Shown in pieces: positions 1 through 12,761 of a stretch of DNA of 64,000 bases (the first letter of the stretch is position 1; every line of letters starts with the position of its first letter). The notes under the pieces were generated by a model, which was not told the origin of the DNA, did no database searches, and saw nothing but the letters and a program-made list of their open reading frames with translations. Made by a program: the position numbers and the translations under genes. The stretch is from Gekko japonicus (taxonomy: Eukaryota): assembly GCF_001447785.1 (NCBI RefSeq), contig NW_015164680.1, positions 793,980 through 857,979 of the forward strand. Reading direction: 5' to 3'.

Positions 1-599
1 TCTGCCTGAGACCCTGGAAAGCCACTGCCAGTCTGAGTAGACAATACTGACTTTGATGGACCAATGGTCTGATTCAGTATAAGACAGCTTCTCATGTGTA
101 TGATCTCTTCCTCCAGAAAATTGTGCACCACCCAAAGAGATAATGGCTTGGATCCAGAGAGCTCACTCCATGAGCAGAAGTACCTACTACTTGCACAATG
201 AGGGAGGTGTCTGATTTCCACCAATGCCCTCCCCGCAAAGAGTTCCAGTCCCCCATGCGTGCCACTCATGCTACTCTACAGAGGACCCTCCCCAGGGCTC
301 ATAGTTGGCTTTTCCAGTAGAGCACGGGAGCTGCAGCAGAAAATGAGAAAGTGTCATTGAGCAAAAAGCACCACCCTCACTTCTCCGCCTCCAAAGCTTT
401 CCCTCCTCAAAATAAAATAAACTCTCTTATAATTGTTATTGTTAACAATAATGGAAAATTTTCAGCAGGTTTCAGAGGAGCAACAACAGAAGTTTGCCAG
501 AGGGCTTCCGTTGTTCCTCTAGCAGATCTGGCTTTTATAACTACCACCAGGCTGTGGCAATCCAACTCTCTGCCTTTTACACTGATCTCCAGTTAGCAA

Positions 600-672
600 G
601 AATATGCCATGATGTGGTCCATGGGGTCGCGAATAGTTGGATTCGACTGTGTGACTGAACAACAACAACAAC
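600..672 (+). mobile_element. Bov-B/RTE extreme 3' end
   Basis: GTCCATGGGGTCGCGAA...GACTGAACAACAAC. Confidence 0.75.
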
Positions 673-1479
673 ATTGTAGCTCTGGATGAGGAGAAGCCTG
701 GACACTGTTGTCAAAAGATCAAATCTGGTAAGAATTAATTGGGATTTGGAAGTTTTGACTGTGAGGGTTCCTAATTAGTGAAGCGGAGGGTCTGTGTATA
801 GATTGCAGCTGCATGACAGCTGTCAGATAAAGAATATGACTGCACTGCATCTCAGTGAACTGTTTGATTTCAGAAGAAAACTGACGGCAAAAAATCACCC
901 AAACCAAACAGTAGTTGACATCAATTATCATTGGGCACCAAATATACACTTTTTTGGGGGAGACCCCACTGGGTTTTTAAGGCAAGAGGTGTTCAGAGAT
1001 GATTTGCCATTGCCTCCCTATGCAGCAACAACCCTAGACTTACTTGGTGGTCTCCCATCCAAATATTAACTAGGGCCTCCCTGCTTAACTTCTGAAATCT
1101 GATGATATCCAGGTTGGAGTAAGTATACATTAGCCAGTAGATATTCAGGATTAAAATTTGCATAGGAAAAGGAAGGGTGAGAGTTGTTTCAGATCTAATA
1201 ACAATCACAACTGGAGTTCTTTTGTATCCAGGAAACCATTTTCAACTTAAAACACACACAGAAACATCATCTCGTATTATCATTCATAGGGTTGACACCA
1301 GGCCTCCCTACTTGACATGCTAAAAACACACTGGCTGCCATAAAAAGCAAACCATGATCTTTTTCTTGCTATCACTTATATAGAAGTATAGCTCCCTGAG
1401 GATGTCTTGGCAGCCCTATATACCAGTATTCATTCATTCCTCACCCCATTGCACATCTCCGTGGCCACACAAAGTCAAC

Positions 1480-1790
1480 AATTATACTACTTTACACAGA
1501 GAGTTATTAAAATGTGGAATTTGCTGCCAGAGGATGTAATGATGGTCAGAGGAATAAACAATCTAAAAAAGGGGATTAGATTTATCCTCCATGAATCTAT
1601 CAATGGCTACTAGCCATGGTGATTGAGGGGAACCTCCATATTCAGAGGCACTAATTCTCTGAATCCCAGAGCCAGGAGGCAACATCAGAGGAAGGCCTTG
1701 TTGTTGGCTGTCCAGAGGAATTGGACAGCCAGGGTGCTGGACTAGAAGGACCACTGGTCTGATCCAGCAGGGCTCTTCTTATGTTCTTAA
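1480..1790 (+). mobile_element. CR1 LINE 3' end
   Basis: YYFTQRVIKMWNLLP RT C-terminal motif; (TTCTTATG)-type tail. Confidence 0.8.
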
Positions 1791-3499
1791 CCCCATTTAC
1801 CCAACAGTATCAGCAGACCATATTTTGCAAAATTGTGCTTGCTGTATCTCTTACTCCCCTTTTGTAAACATATATAGGAGTACCTGTAAGATACCCAGCA
1901 GTGCCCGCTGTGTGCCCTGTATGCAAACCATATTTTATATTGCACAAGTCAATTACACAGTAGCAGGCCATTATCAGCCCTTAAAAAGTACCAGGGGAAA
2001 GTATAAATGCAGAAGCAGTCAAAGAAGAGAAAGATGCTTGGTCAAACTTTATAGGATCCACAGCCCCTTAAATTGTATAAGATGATCTCCTAATTATCCC
2101 TTACTCTTCTTTCTAATGGGAACCCAAACCGGCTTACAAGATTGTTTCCCCCTCCACTTTTTGGTCCTGACGACCCCCCTGTGAGGTAGGTTAGGCTGAG
2201 AGAGTGACTAGCCCAAGGTCACCCAGCGAACTTGCATAGCAAAGCTGAGATCTGAATCTGGGCTGCCCCAGCCCTGGTTCCACATTTTGACCACTGCACT
2301 ACAGTGGCTAGTTCAGGGCACTTGCTTTGCACACAGAAGATCCAAGGTTTAATCTTTGCACCCCCAGCTTTAAGAAAACCTGCTGCAGGCTCAGGAGCTA
2401 GACTTCCTCAACACCTTGTTCAGCGTTAATTGGAACAGTCTTGGAAGAGCCTCCAAAGTTGTCGAGCCTATGGACACTTTTGACAATGGTTGTTTTGGGA
2501 AGAGGGGCCGATCACAAAATGTGGGGAGGTAGGCCATTTCCCTAAGAAAGAGGCAGCTATTTCTGAATGGGTGCTCCTATGAACCAAAACCTGATGACTC
2601 CTCAGCACCATCTGCTGCAGTGAAGTGGAGGAAAACTCAGCCAGGATTGGCTCTAGCCCAATTTGGCCTGAGCTCGTCAAAGCTTGTGAGCTAAGCAGGA
2701 TCAGTCACAGTCTGTACTTGGATGTCAGACCACCAAGGAAGACAGCAGTAGTTGCTCTGTGGAGGAAGGCACTGGCAAACCAAAGCCACCGCTGCTCCTC
2801 TCTTGCCTGGAAGACCTCATGATCGGGGTCGCTGTGCTGGTTGTGACTAGACAGCAGAGTGTTCTTTTGGGGAAGAAGCAAGTGGGCCCCCAGAAAAATA
2901 CTGACAGACACCCTATTGGCGATCAAAAGGCAAAATAAACTCACTGCAAAACAGGTCCTTATTTTCTCTGATGACTGCAAGCATGAGACAATTCACCCAC
3001 ACCAAGACGGGAGTTAGGGGGCGTCTTTTACTGGATTTTTTTTCCAGCAAGAAGGTACCCTGTAGCAGAACATGAAGCCCCCCCCCCTCAGAATTTTCTC
3101 CCAAATTCAGGGAAATTCCTTTTAAAACTCAAAATCAACTGGGGAATAACAACATAAACAGGAGTCACCAGCAGCAGTAGACAAAGGGGAAAGTTTTCCA
3201 TTCCCCATCCCCAGCCTCATTTCCCTTTGCCGGCTTCTTTCCTCTACAGTTGTTGCTCAAAGCAACCAGGCGCTCACAGGGGGAACCGTTTCCCGCGATC
3301 AACACAGTTTAGCCACCATTACTTTCCTCCTTCACAGCTCCTGTGTTCCATCTACCTGTCCTAAAGTTTGCTTTGGAGAGACCCAGGGAAAAACAATCAC
3401 ACCACACAAGCATGCATCAGTGTAGATGAACCCTTAAAAACACCGGAACCCCTCCCTTCCTCCTCCTCACCGGCTTTCTTCACCTGTTGCTCACCTTTT

Positions 3500-3600
3500 T
3501 CTCTTACCTGCATGAATAGGTAACGCTCTCGTTATAATCCTCTCCCACCTTTTCCGCCTCTTACCGCCTGCTGGGAAATGTAGTTCTTCCACTCGTGCAC
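3500..3600 (-). promoter_or_regulatory. Candidate divergent promoter/non-coding exon on the minus strand
   Basis: Minus strand reads GAACTACATTTCCCAGCAGGCG|GTAAGA (ZNF143-type motif 3571-3586 followed by a consensus donor); second donor CAG|GTAAGA near 3508. Confidence 0.4.
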
Positions 3601-5879
3601 CCCCCCCCGGTAAAGTCACTGTAACCCGAATTCTAATGTCCCCTCCCCCAATTTCAGCAAGTAATAAACTCCAGAGACATAGTCGATCACTCGCTTTTCA
3701 GCCTTCTTGCTTCCGTGAAGGAAGTGCCCTTTCTTTATCTGACTCGCGTTGGAAGGGTGTGTCATGCAAAATAGCCCCCATTTTCACAAAGAACTCCTTC
3801 TGAAGTCCATCACAAGTTTTCCCAACAGAACTGAAATCAGAGGAGTTAATGGGTGCCTTGAATTTGGGTGCTTTGAAAGTACGTAACGCTCCAGGAACAT
3901 ACAGATAAAGCGAGTCTAAGAACATAAAAGAATCATCTCAGCCGTTTTGCTAACCGTCTCGCTGAATCCTGTGCATATTTACAAAAGCAAAAGAAGGAGC
4001 TGGTCGAATTGGATTGCACCACTCCGGATTGCAAGCTATCTGCAGATTTCCTCTTTCGGTGAAAATGCCCTGAGAGAAGAAAGGTCTCCGTTAGGGTTTG
4101 CTAGATGGCTGAAAGTAGTAGCCCCGTGTAGACAAGCTAAAGGTTTACAGAACAATCCGAGTTGCATCCTTCTAATCTATTGAAGTAAATGGATTTAGAA
4201 GGGTGTTAATCCGTTTTAGGATTGCACCGTTAATCGTTTTATAGCTGCCACGTTTCTTTAGCTGAGAGTTTTGATGAACGGGGGGGAGGAGGGTCAGCAC
4301 GTGCAAACTTACCTGGCCTAAATAACGGGTTACACTTGACTTCCAGCCGCTTCAAAGCTAGAGAACCTCAGGCTGTTTAAAACAAAAACAAAAACCAAAC
4401 GGCAAACCTAAATTCGCCTCACACGGCCATCCGGAGCACGGTAACACCCTTCGAAATGCATTGAAGTCAGTTGGCTGAGAAGGGCGACGCTCTCTTCAGG
4501 ATGGCCCTGATAAGCACACCACATCCTGCCTACCTGGAACGAAAGGAAGTCATCCAGCACGCAAAACAACGAGAGCAGGTCAGCGTCTCTAGACGGGTTG
4601 AACCCGGGCTCTCTCCTGGACGATACAAGCAGAACTTTTTGTACAGGTTCGCATTGTTTTGTGGATGAAATTCTCGGCAGATTTGCAGGGGGCCAGTTGA
4701 TTAATTCACCGTCTGGGTTGTGCACCGCTGATGGAACATGAATGAAATAGGATTCTAAGGAGAGCAGCATTGCCTAGCAAACTAAGGCTGCAGTTTTATG
4801 CGCACCAGGGGGACAGGCCACCACAGGCCCACAGTCGTGAGACAGGCCAGGATCACGGGGTGGCAGAGACTATTGGTGGTGGAATGGGTGGGGTTTTTGG
4901 AGTGTCCTCTGTGTTTAAAAAAAGAAGGAAAAAACTTCTTACAAACAGAAAACAAGCACCGCAAAGAGACACAGCATGATCCTTCTCGTGCTATATTCGT
5001 TTTCTGTCTGCAAGGCTTTTTATATGGAATTATGTCCATACGTTCGGCATCAGAAATACCATACTGCGGAGGGGGGTGACCTGTTCCGGGACTCCTGCTG
5101 ATTGCTCAGCAGTTAAAGGCAAAAGGAGCCATTCCAGGAAAGAAAGAGAAAAAAATTAAAATCCCATTCCTTTTTTCTTCTTTTGGCCAAGCTCTATATA
5201 GCAGGCAGAAATCCAGCAGGTGAGGCCTTCGACGCTGGATTTTTTAAATAGCCTGTAACATTGCTGAGAGGCAAAACCGAGAAAAGGGATCTACCCCCAA
5301 GCAAGTGCGAATACTGTACTCTGCGAGAAAAGTTTTAATAGCACAGGGTAAAATTGGCATTTAATGTTCTGTGAGAGCGGTAATTACTAACTGCCGTTCG
5401 AATACATGCGGTCCCACTGCCTGGTGTTTTCACGCCGTGGCAACCTTTCCACACTTGTGGATGGGATGCTTTGCTAGAATCCAAAGCTTGCACGTTTGTA
5501 TAACAACAGCTTAGAGGCGTGGGGGGGGTGCGGATACCGCTGCTCGTGCTGGATTTCGGAATCTCAACACATCACAGTCTCTGTCGTTGGGGGGAGAGGG
5601 GAAGAATGCGACTCCCTTTTAAGCGACCGCGAATGACTCCCGACCTAAGCATATTTATGCACAAGTATGTGCGACATTGCTCCCTAGTAAACACATTAGC
5701 ACGCGGATGATAACGCAATGTTTTTCTCAGCTTCAACAAAGCTAGAAAGTCAAAGAGGCTCTGGGTCCATCACGACTCTTTGCAGCCCGCTGCAACTGTG
5801 TCCTTTGGGATCCATGGCTCTAGAAATGCCACATCGCATAAAATCGGACTGTTAAGTGGAGGAGGAAAAAAATGATTGG

Positions 5880-6134
5880 GGGGCGACGGACTACAGCTCC
5901 CAGCGTGCATCGGAAGAAAGGGAGGGGGAAGAGCGCGAGCGGCTCCGGCCACTAGTGCTCCGGCTCGGAAGAAGGCGGATCACGTGGGCCGGGAGGGGAT
6001 CGGAAGGTGCGAGCGACCCTCCGCTTATTGCTCTGGGATCGGTTCAAGTCCATATGGTGGGGGAATGTGGAGGGTCGCCGTTAGCCACGATGGCTGCACC
6101 CATTGTCTTGCCTCTGGCTGCCAGCTGCTAGGCG
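5880..6134 (+). promoter_or_regulatory. SLC37A3: CpG-rich promoter and putative non-coding exon 1 of SLC37A3 (donor GCG|GTAAGC after 6134)
   Basis: Local CpG/GC enrichment; ZNF143/THAP11-type motif ACTACAGCTCCCAGCGTGCAT 5890-5910; ETS-like CGGAAG at 5911, 5966 and 6001; E-box CACGTG 5981-5986; strong donor. The TSS is not resolvable. Confidence 0.7.
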
Positions 6135-8430
6135 GTAAGCGGCGGGGAAAGGTGGCTGCTTTTCTGTGTGGGTGGAATTCTTGGAAGCCTCGGGCTGGCC
6201 AGATAGGGCGAAAGAGGTTGATGGAGTGGGTAGAGGTTTCGTTTGAGTCAGCAGGTCTCTGGTTTTGTGAGATTGCTCGGGTGTATTAAATGAGGTTGGG
6301 TTTAAAAAAAAATTATTTTTTTTTGAAAAGGGTATATTTTTTATCTTATTTGTCTGGGTGTTCCAGATACAGATTTTCAGCCCAACCCTTTGGATGTTTA
6401 CTTGGAAGTCGGGTTGAGGAAGTCGTTTCTAGTCCATGCAGGCTTAATCACTGGCGTAAGCTTGTTTTGCCTCGAAACTGCCACGTTTTATTCTCCAAAG
6501 CCATTCTACTGCCCTTGCTCCTGTTCCTTGAACAGCAGTTTGTCAAGTAGGAAACCAGCAGTTGCTGTGCTTGTCATGTTTTCATCTCCATGATAGGAAG
6601 GGGGGGGGGTCACCTGCTAAATTGATGTGTGCTTGGATATTGTTTGATGTCACTAAAACAGCAGAGGAAGCAAAAAGCAAAAATAAATAAATAAATAGTC
6701 AGCTCTGGAGTTATTCCCTAGTAAACATGCTGTAAAATGTTAGGTTATGGGGGGAACTGTGACAGAAAGCTTCATAGTTTGATTAATCTTGGCAACAGCC
6801 CTTTACTGCAAGGCGTGCCCCAGCCTAAGCAAGAGCCTCTTTTGCGAATCTGATAACAGTATCACTTTCCTGATAAGCTGTCTGGCCAGTTCATAGGAGG
6901 CAGATGATACCTTCAGTGGATATCATTGCCAGCTTTTTGTTGCCGATGATCACTCAATGGGAACGTCTCATTTCCTAATCTCCAAAATACGGTTAGGAAA
7001 CTGGATGGTGCCTCCTCTGCTTTCTTCGCCATATTCTCTTGTAAGCAGATACCTGTTCCTTTTGTGGTTTGCCATATGGGGAGCCAACATGGCTCAATGG
7101 CGGGTTGCATATTTTGTATGCTGAAGGTCCCACGTTCAATACCTGGCATAGCTAGCTGAAAACTCTTGGGTTAGCAGGTGCTGTGGAAGACCTTTTTCTA
7201 CTCAGGACCCTGGAGAGTCGCTGCTAGTCAGAATAAACAACTCTGAACTAAAGGGGCCAGTGGCCTGGTTTGGCATAAGGCACCTTCATGTGTTGCCAGT
7301 GGGCTTAGCATTATAGCTGCACTGGAGCTGACTATAGTTATAGCTAACCTGGAATGCTCCGGACCTGCTTCAGTTAATGACTTGGAAGCAATATTGCCTA
7401 GTTCTATCCTTAGGTAACCCCGGTGCATGTGTAACCCAAGACACAGACATGCAAATCCCTGATCGGGAAGGGCCAGTTGGAGAATCTGCTTTGTACACAG
7501 AAGGTCGTTGGTTCAATCCCTAATATCTCCAGTTAAAAGGATCAGGGAGTAGATATTGTGAGTGATCTTTGCCCGAGTGATCTTTGCGGGTCAGTAGATA
7601 ACACTGACTTTGATAGACCAAAAGTCTGGTGAAGTATAATATGGCTTTATGGGTCTGTGATCTCCGGTATGATGTCTGAATTGAACCAGTATGTCAAATT
7701 GTGTTAGAAGAGATTGAGGAGCAGGGAACATGCCTTTGAGAATGTCTTTGTCTCTCCTCACCGTTCATCTTGGGGTGGAGGCGTATGCTGTGGTAAATCT
7801 TTCTCTTTTCTGTGCTTTGATAATGGTAGGTGCTCTATACTTTAGGACAGTATTATACACTATAATTGCCTAGAGAGATAGCGGTGGCGTTCTTCTTCTA
7901 TTGCTCATTCCTGACACAAACTCCTTTGTCTCCTGTGAAACTGCGTACTTGAACCTCAGATTGTTTACTTTCCTTCTTGACACGGAGCTTACGGTGACCA
8001 GATGCCAAGACTTTCTGTACCCAGGTTGCGTGGAACTAACTGGTTCCACGTAAACAAATGTCTGGAAGTGTTGGCAGCGTTACAGTTATTATTTCAGGGC
8101 TTCCAGGCCTTCGTCAGCAAGTCTAAACATGTTTAGACATTAGTGTGCAGAGAATGATATAAACAAGAAGTGTGCCATAAGAGGCTGCAGTTGTGTGACG
8201 TGTTAACTTTAATTGAACTTGTTAACTACTGCACCATTCTACTGGGCACTCTTGCTAGTGTGGTGTAGTGGTTAACGGGCTGGATTAGAAGATGAGAGAT
8301 TCCACTTCAACTCCTCATGTACCCATGAAGTTCACCGAGTGACTTTGGGCCACTCACTCTCACAGGATTGTTGTGAGGCCAAAAGGTGTGTGGGGTGGTG
8401 GTAGTGGAGACCATGAATGTGGCTCTGTAT

Positions 8431-8702
8431 GAGAGCCAGTTTGGTGTAGTGATTAGGACTCTAATCTGGGAGAACTGGGTTTGATTCCCCACTCCTCCAC
8501 TTGCAGCTGCTGGATGACCTTGGGCAAGCCATAGTTCTGTCAGAGCTGTCTTTGAAAGAGCAGTTCTCTCAGAGCTCTCTCAGCCCCACCTACCTCACAG
8601 GGTGTCTGTTGTGGGGAGGGGAAGGGAAAGGAGTTTGTAAGCTGCCCTGAGACTCCGAGTGAAGGGCGGAGTATAAATCCAATCTCCTCTTCTACTTCTT
8701 CT
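8431..8702 (+). mobile_element. Young tRNA-derived SINE with L2-like tail and (TTC)n end
   Basis: A-box TGGTGTAGTG(G/A), B-box-like GGTTTGATTCC; near-identical copies elsewhere in the window. Confidence 0.8.
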
Positions 8703-11131
8703 CTGAGATTCTTTGGAGGAAATGCAGAATAAAAATGTATGGATTTCTTTGCCTCTTTTTAAATAGTATTTATGTAAAGGTATATTAACCTCAGTAATCC
8801 ATGTATATTAACCTCAGTAATCCTTAGATGAGAATGACTAAGAGAGGCCAGTATTATTTTCTGTGTTGTGAAGACTGGCGTGAGAAGGGACTCTGAGTGA
8901 ATAGTGGCTTCCTTGAGGTTACCGTGGTTGAGGTGAGAGTTGAACTGGGCTCTTTGTGGCTCTCAGGCCTTAGCCACTGTGCCCTGCTGGCTCTTTCTCT
9001 ATTAAGACAGATGTCAGCCGATGTGGCAGCATCTGCTAGCCTGTAGTTGAGCAATCACATTGGCCCAAGTCTCTAAGATTCTGTTTTGAGCCTCAAGCTC
9101 TCATCTAGGAAGAGCAGGTGAAGGCAAAATGTCAAGGAGAACAAGTCAGAGTCAGAGCCCAGCCATATGCGAATGCTGAAATAAGCAGTAAGAGAAATAT
9201 ACTAGCCATGCAGTTTTAAGTATCTGTACAACTACCTAGTTGTTGAGTTAGGGAAAAAGGAAAGAATGCTTTTTTAACCCATACCCTGCTTAGCTAAGAG
9301 GTTCAAATGAGCTTGTCAGCAGTATTAATGCTTTGCATGCAAATATTTTTGCAAGAAAAATGACTTAGTGTGAGACAAGCAATTTAGTGGTATTCAAAGG
9401 GGAAGTGGATGGTGTTGTCTGATGGGTTCTCATTTGGTGCACTATTGAATTGTTAGTCAATAATTGGATGAGTTTTGTTTTTCTGTAATAACATAATTTT
9501 GCTTATTTATTTATTGAATTAAATTTCTAGACTGCCCTTCCCTGTAAAACAGGAGTTGGGGGATGTACACCAGTAAAACACATTCATAATTTAGATTTAC
9601 AGATTAAGAACAGTAAAAAACATGTGAGTTTTGCTTTGTTTGAGAGTCAGCATAGGGACAAGTGTTTTCTTTTGGTCATGGCCAATCAAAGACCAAAGCT
9701 TCTAAGCAACAATTATCTGTTATTTGCCCCCTTTTGAACCCCTTCGGTTGAACCCCAATTTTTTCTCTGTCAAATGACCTGCTTGCAGTTGTTGCTGTAG
9801 CAGCATCTTCCCGGACATGGTTTTCAAGATGAGAAGAGTTTTCTGCCCTCTACCAGGAGGAAACTGCTGAGGCCATCTGCCTTTTGACATACGAAGCTTT
9901 CTCAAGCTGCACCTGTGTTCATCAGAATCAGTTTTTGTGCAGGGTCATCATTAGTTCAGGAAGGAAAGCTTTCTTTCTTTCTTTCATGGTCCCTTTGTGG
10001 AAAACAGTATCCCAATTGTGCCTCAATTCTTGGAAGTTTGGAGCTGCTTTCTCTATCATGAAGGCTGAATGTTCCTCTTATCCCACGGTCAGGATGCTGG
10101 GCTGGCCCAGACTGCAGATAACAATCTGACCCTGTGTTGAAATCGCAGCATGATCTCCCTGCTTCATCTACCTGAGGTCCAGGTCCCTAGTTAACCCCCT
10201 GTTTTGGTCCTGTGGCGCGTTTCTTAATACCAGATGTGTGGTGGTTGAGTCCCAAGGAGTGGGAGGGGAGAGTATGTGAGTGTAGAGGCAGTGGTTGTCC
10301 CCCAGCCTTTCTGTGAGGTGAAAGGGAGAGCCTGGCTACATGTTACACTTCCTATGTGAGCGCAGCCCTACCACAGGAGAGTTCCATCTGCTGAAAAGTC
10401 TTGTTTCCTTCACCAGTAGACACACAAAGCTGGAGAGCATAAGGAAATCGTGCATGCAGTGAAGGAGGCGCTGCTGTGTGCCTTTTGGTGCCTTTTCTCC
10501 TTGTCAGCTAAAACGTCCTTATGATTTGAGGACAGCCAATGAGACCCTGCTCCGTTCTGCCTACACTTAGCAGGGCTTTTTGGGGTGGTGGCTCCAGAGC
10601 TGTGTAGTGCCCTTTCCCAAGAGAGTCACCTCACTCTGACTTTTTCAAAAGTTTCATAAAAACTTGAGGTTGTTTTTTTTCCAGAATAGGCTTTTGGGAT
10701 TCTGGTTTTTTGGAAAGCTTTCATCCTCTGCTACTCTCTAATACCATTTCATTTTTCTATGGTATTGCTATTCTGGTTTTTCAATTAGTTGTGTAATTTT
10801 TATTCTGTATATGGCCTTGGGAATTGTTGAAAGGTGGCTTCCCTATAAGTTGGTATAAACAAGCAATGATCTTCCCATCTCCTTCCCCCTCCTAGAAAAC
10901 ACTAGGCAGTAAAGCAGAGATAAAAGTAGGCATAGGTAAACATGGGAAGCCGAGAGGTGGCTTAGCTTCCTGCTTCCCTGTGTGTTTGCCTGTTATCTCT
11001 GCCTCTAGGAAGGCTTCAGCGTTATCAGCAGTTGAGCGTCTGGCTTAAAAGTGGCCTCTTTTAAGGTGCTGAATGTGTCCCTTAGCACTGTTTCCCAACC
11101 TGTGGGTCAGGACCCAAAAGTGGGTCATGAA

Positions 11132-11419
11132 CAGGGTTCCCTCTAAGCTGAATTAGTGTGAGCTAGCTCATATTTTTGTAGCCTCCGACTCACACATTTT
11201 TTGTCTTCGCTCAGGAAGGGTGGCTCCAGAGCAAACTAATTGATGCAGTAGCCAAATTGCTCGCTCACAACTTTAATGCCAGTAGCTCACAGACATCTGT
11301 TTTAGTTATTGTTGTATTGTTGTACGTTGTAAAATTAAAATAATGTTTTTAATTAAAAAAACCCCACAACAATGTAGAATTTTTTGCTCACAAGACTCCA
11401 CGGCTCAGAGGGAGCATTG
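11132..11419. mobile_element. hAT-type MITE (family A) nested in an older hAT-like element (about 11086-11939)
   Basis: TIR CAGGGTTCCCTCTAAG / CTCAGAGGGAGCATTG, perfect 8-bp TSD GTCATGAA; outer element ends CACTGTTTCCC / GGGAACCACTG. Confidence 0.8.
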
Positions 11420-12415
11420 GTCATGAAGCCTGTGCCAAGTGGGTTGCGGGCCAGCCCTACCTGGTGGCCCCCCCTGCCCTTTCCATTGCTCTCTTTTGTA
11501 TTTTGGAAACCGAGGTCTGATCCCTGGAAATAGTATCTTCCATGTCATGAATTAGTTGGCATTTGTTTCTTCACTGCATATACATGTTGATCAAGTAACC
11601 TGATGATTACTAGAGCGAGTTTCTTAGAATTTTAGGGGGGGGGGGTTTAGAGAGGGGTAATGGAGAAGGAGAGAGTGGTGAAAGGCTGGAATGTAACCTC
11701 CGTATGCAGAGGCTGCGTATGTCGGAATGCCACGGGCTTCGGACTCAAAGAGGGGGCAGCTGCCCCCTTTGTGCGGTGTGTGTTGGTTTCTCAAAAATGT
11801 GTGTTCAGCCATTGTAGAAAACAGAGTGCTGAATTAGAGCGGTGCCAAGGTCACAGTTTGCCTAGGGTCCCCAAAAACCTTTGGCCTGCCTTGGATGGGT
11901 CACCATACCAAGTAAATTTGGACTTGTGGGGAACCACTGTCTTATAGTAAAGCTCAGGCAAGCAAGAGCAGCAGTCACAGGCCCTTTCCCTGTTTCCCTG
12001 TTGGGGACACTTTCTTGGGGTTTTCCCTGTTGTCGCTGCAGTGACAACGGGGCTTCTGCACGGTGCATTTCCCTGCTTCATACCCCACGGGGGCCACCAT
12101 GCTCCTTTGTGACGGAATAAACTGGCTTCTGTATGTGCTACTACTGAGATTGGGTCCCACTATAGCCTATTGGTTATGAAAAAGAATTATTTGAAACGTG
12201 GCAGCTTACATCCGGATTACACGTCTGTATGGTTTATGGATTTCAAGATTTCTGTGGCTGATGGCTTTCAAGATCATAAGGAATTTCCAGGAACTATATG
12301 AGTTCACTCTATGATGAATGTATGTCAAGTTGGACTATGGAATACAACAGGAGTGAGACACACTGAAATTTTTGGGACTTTATTTCTCTGCACTACTGTC
12401 GCTTCTTGTATGAAT

Positions 12416-12761
12416 AAGGTAAAGGTAAAGGTTCCCTTGCTCAAAAGCCAGTCGAATCCGACTCTAGGGTTGCGGTGCTCATCTCCGTTTCAAAGCCGAA
12501 GAGCCAGCGCTGTCTGAAGACGTTTCTGTGGTCATGTGGCCGGCATGACTAAACACCAAGGCGCACGGAAGGCTGTTACCTTCCCACTGAAGTGGTACCT
12601 ATTTATCCACTTGCAATTTCTTGCTTTCGAACTGCTAGGTTGGCAGGAGCTGGAACTAGAGACGGGAGCTCACTCAGTCATGCGGCACACTCGGGTCTCG
12701 AACTGCCGAACTACCGGCCTTCCACAGCCTGCAGTTCAGCGTCTTAACCACTTGAGCCACC
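12416..12761 (-). mobile_element. Sauria-type SINE
   Basis: (ACCTTT)n tail, body GTCATGCCGGCCACATGACC; tRNA-like head GGTGGCTCAAGTGGTTAAG. Confidence 0.8.

Noticed and set aside
3698-3925. Minus-strand ORF containing SVGKTC, reminiscent of a Rab P-loop (RAB19 expected on this side)
   Set aside because: Lacks the preceding FKIILIGD and following TIGVDF motifs; chance match
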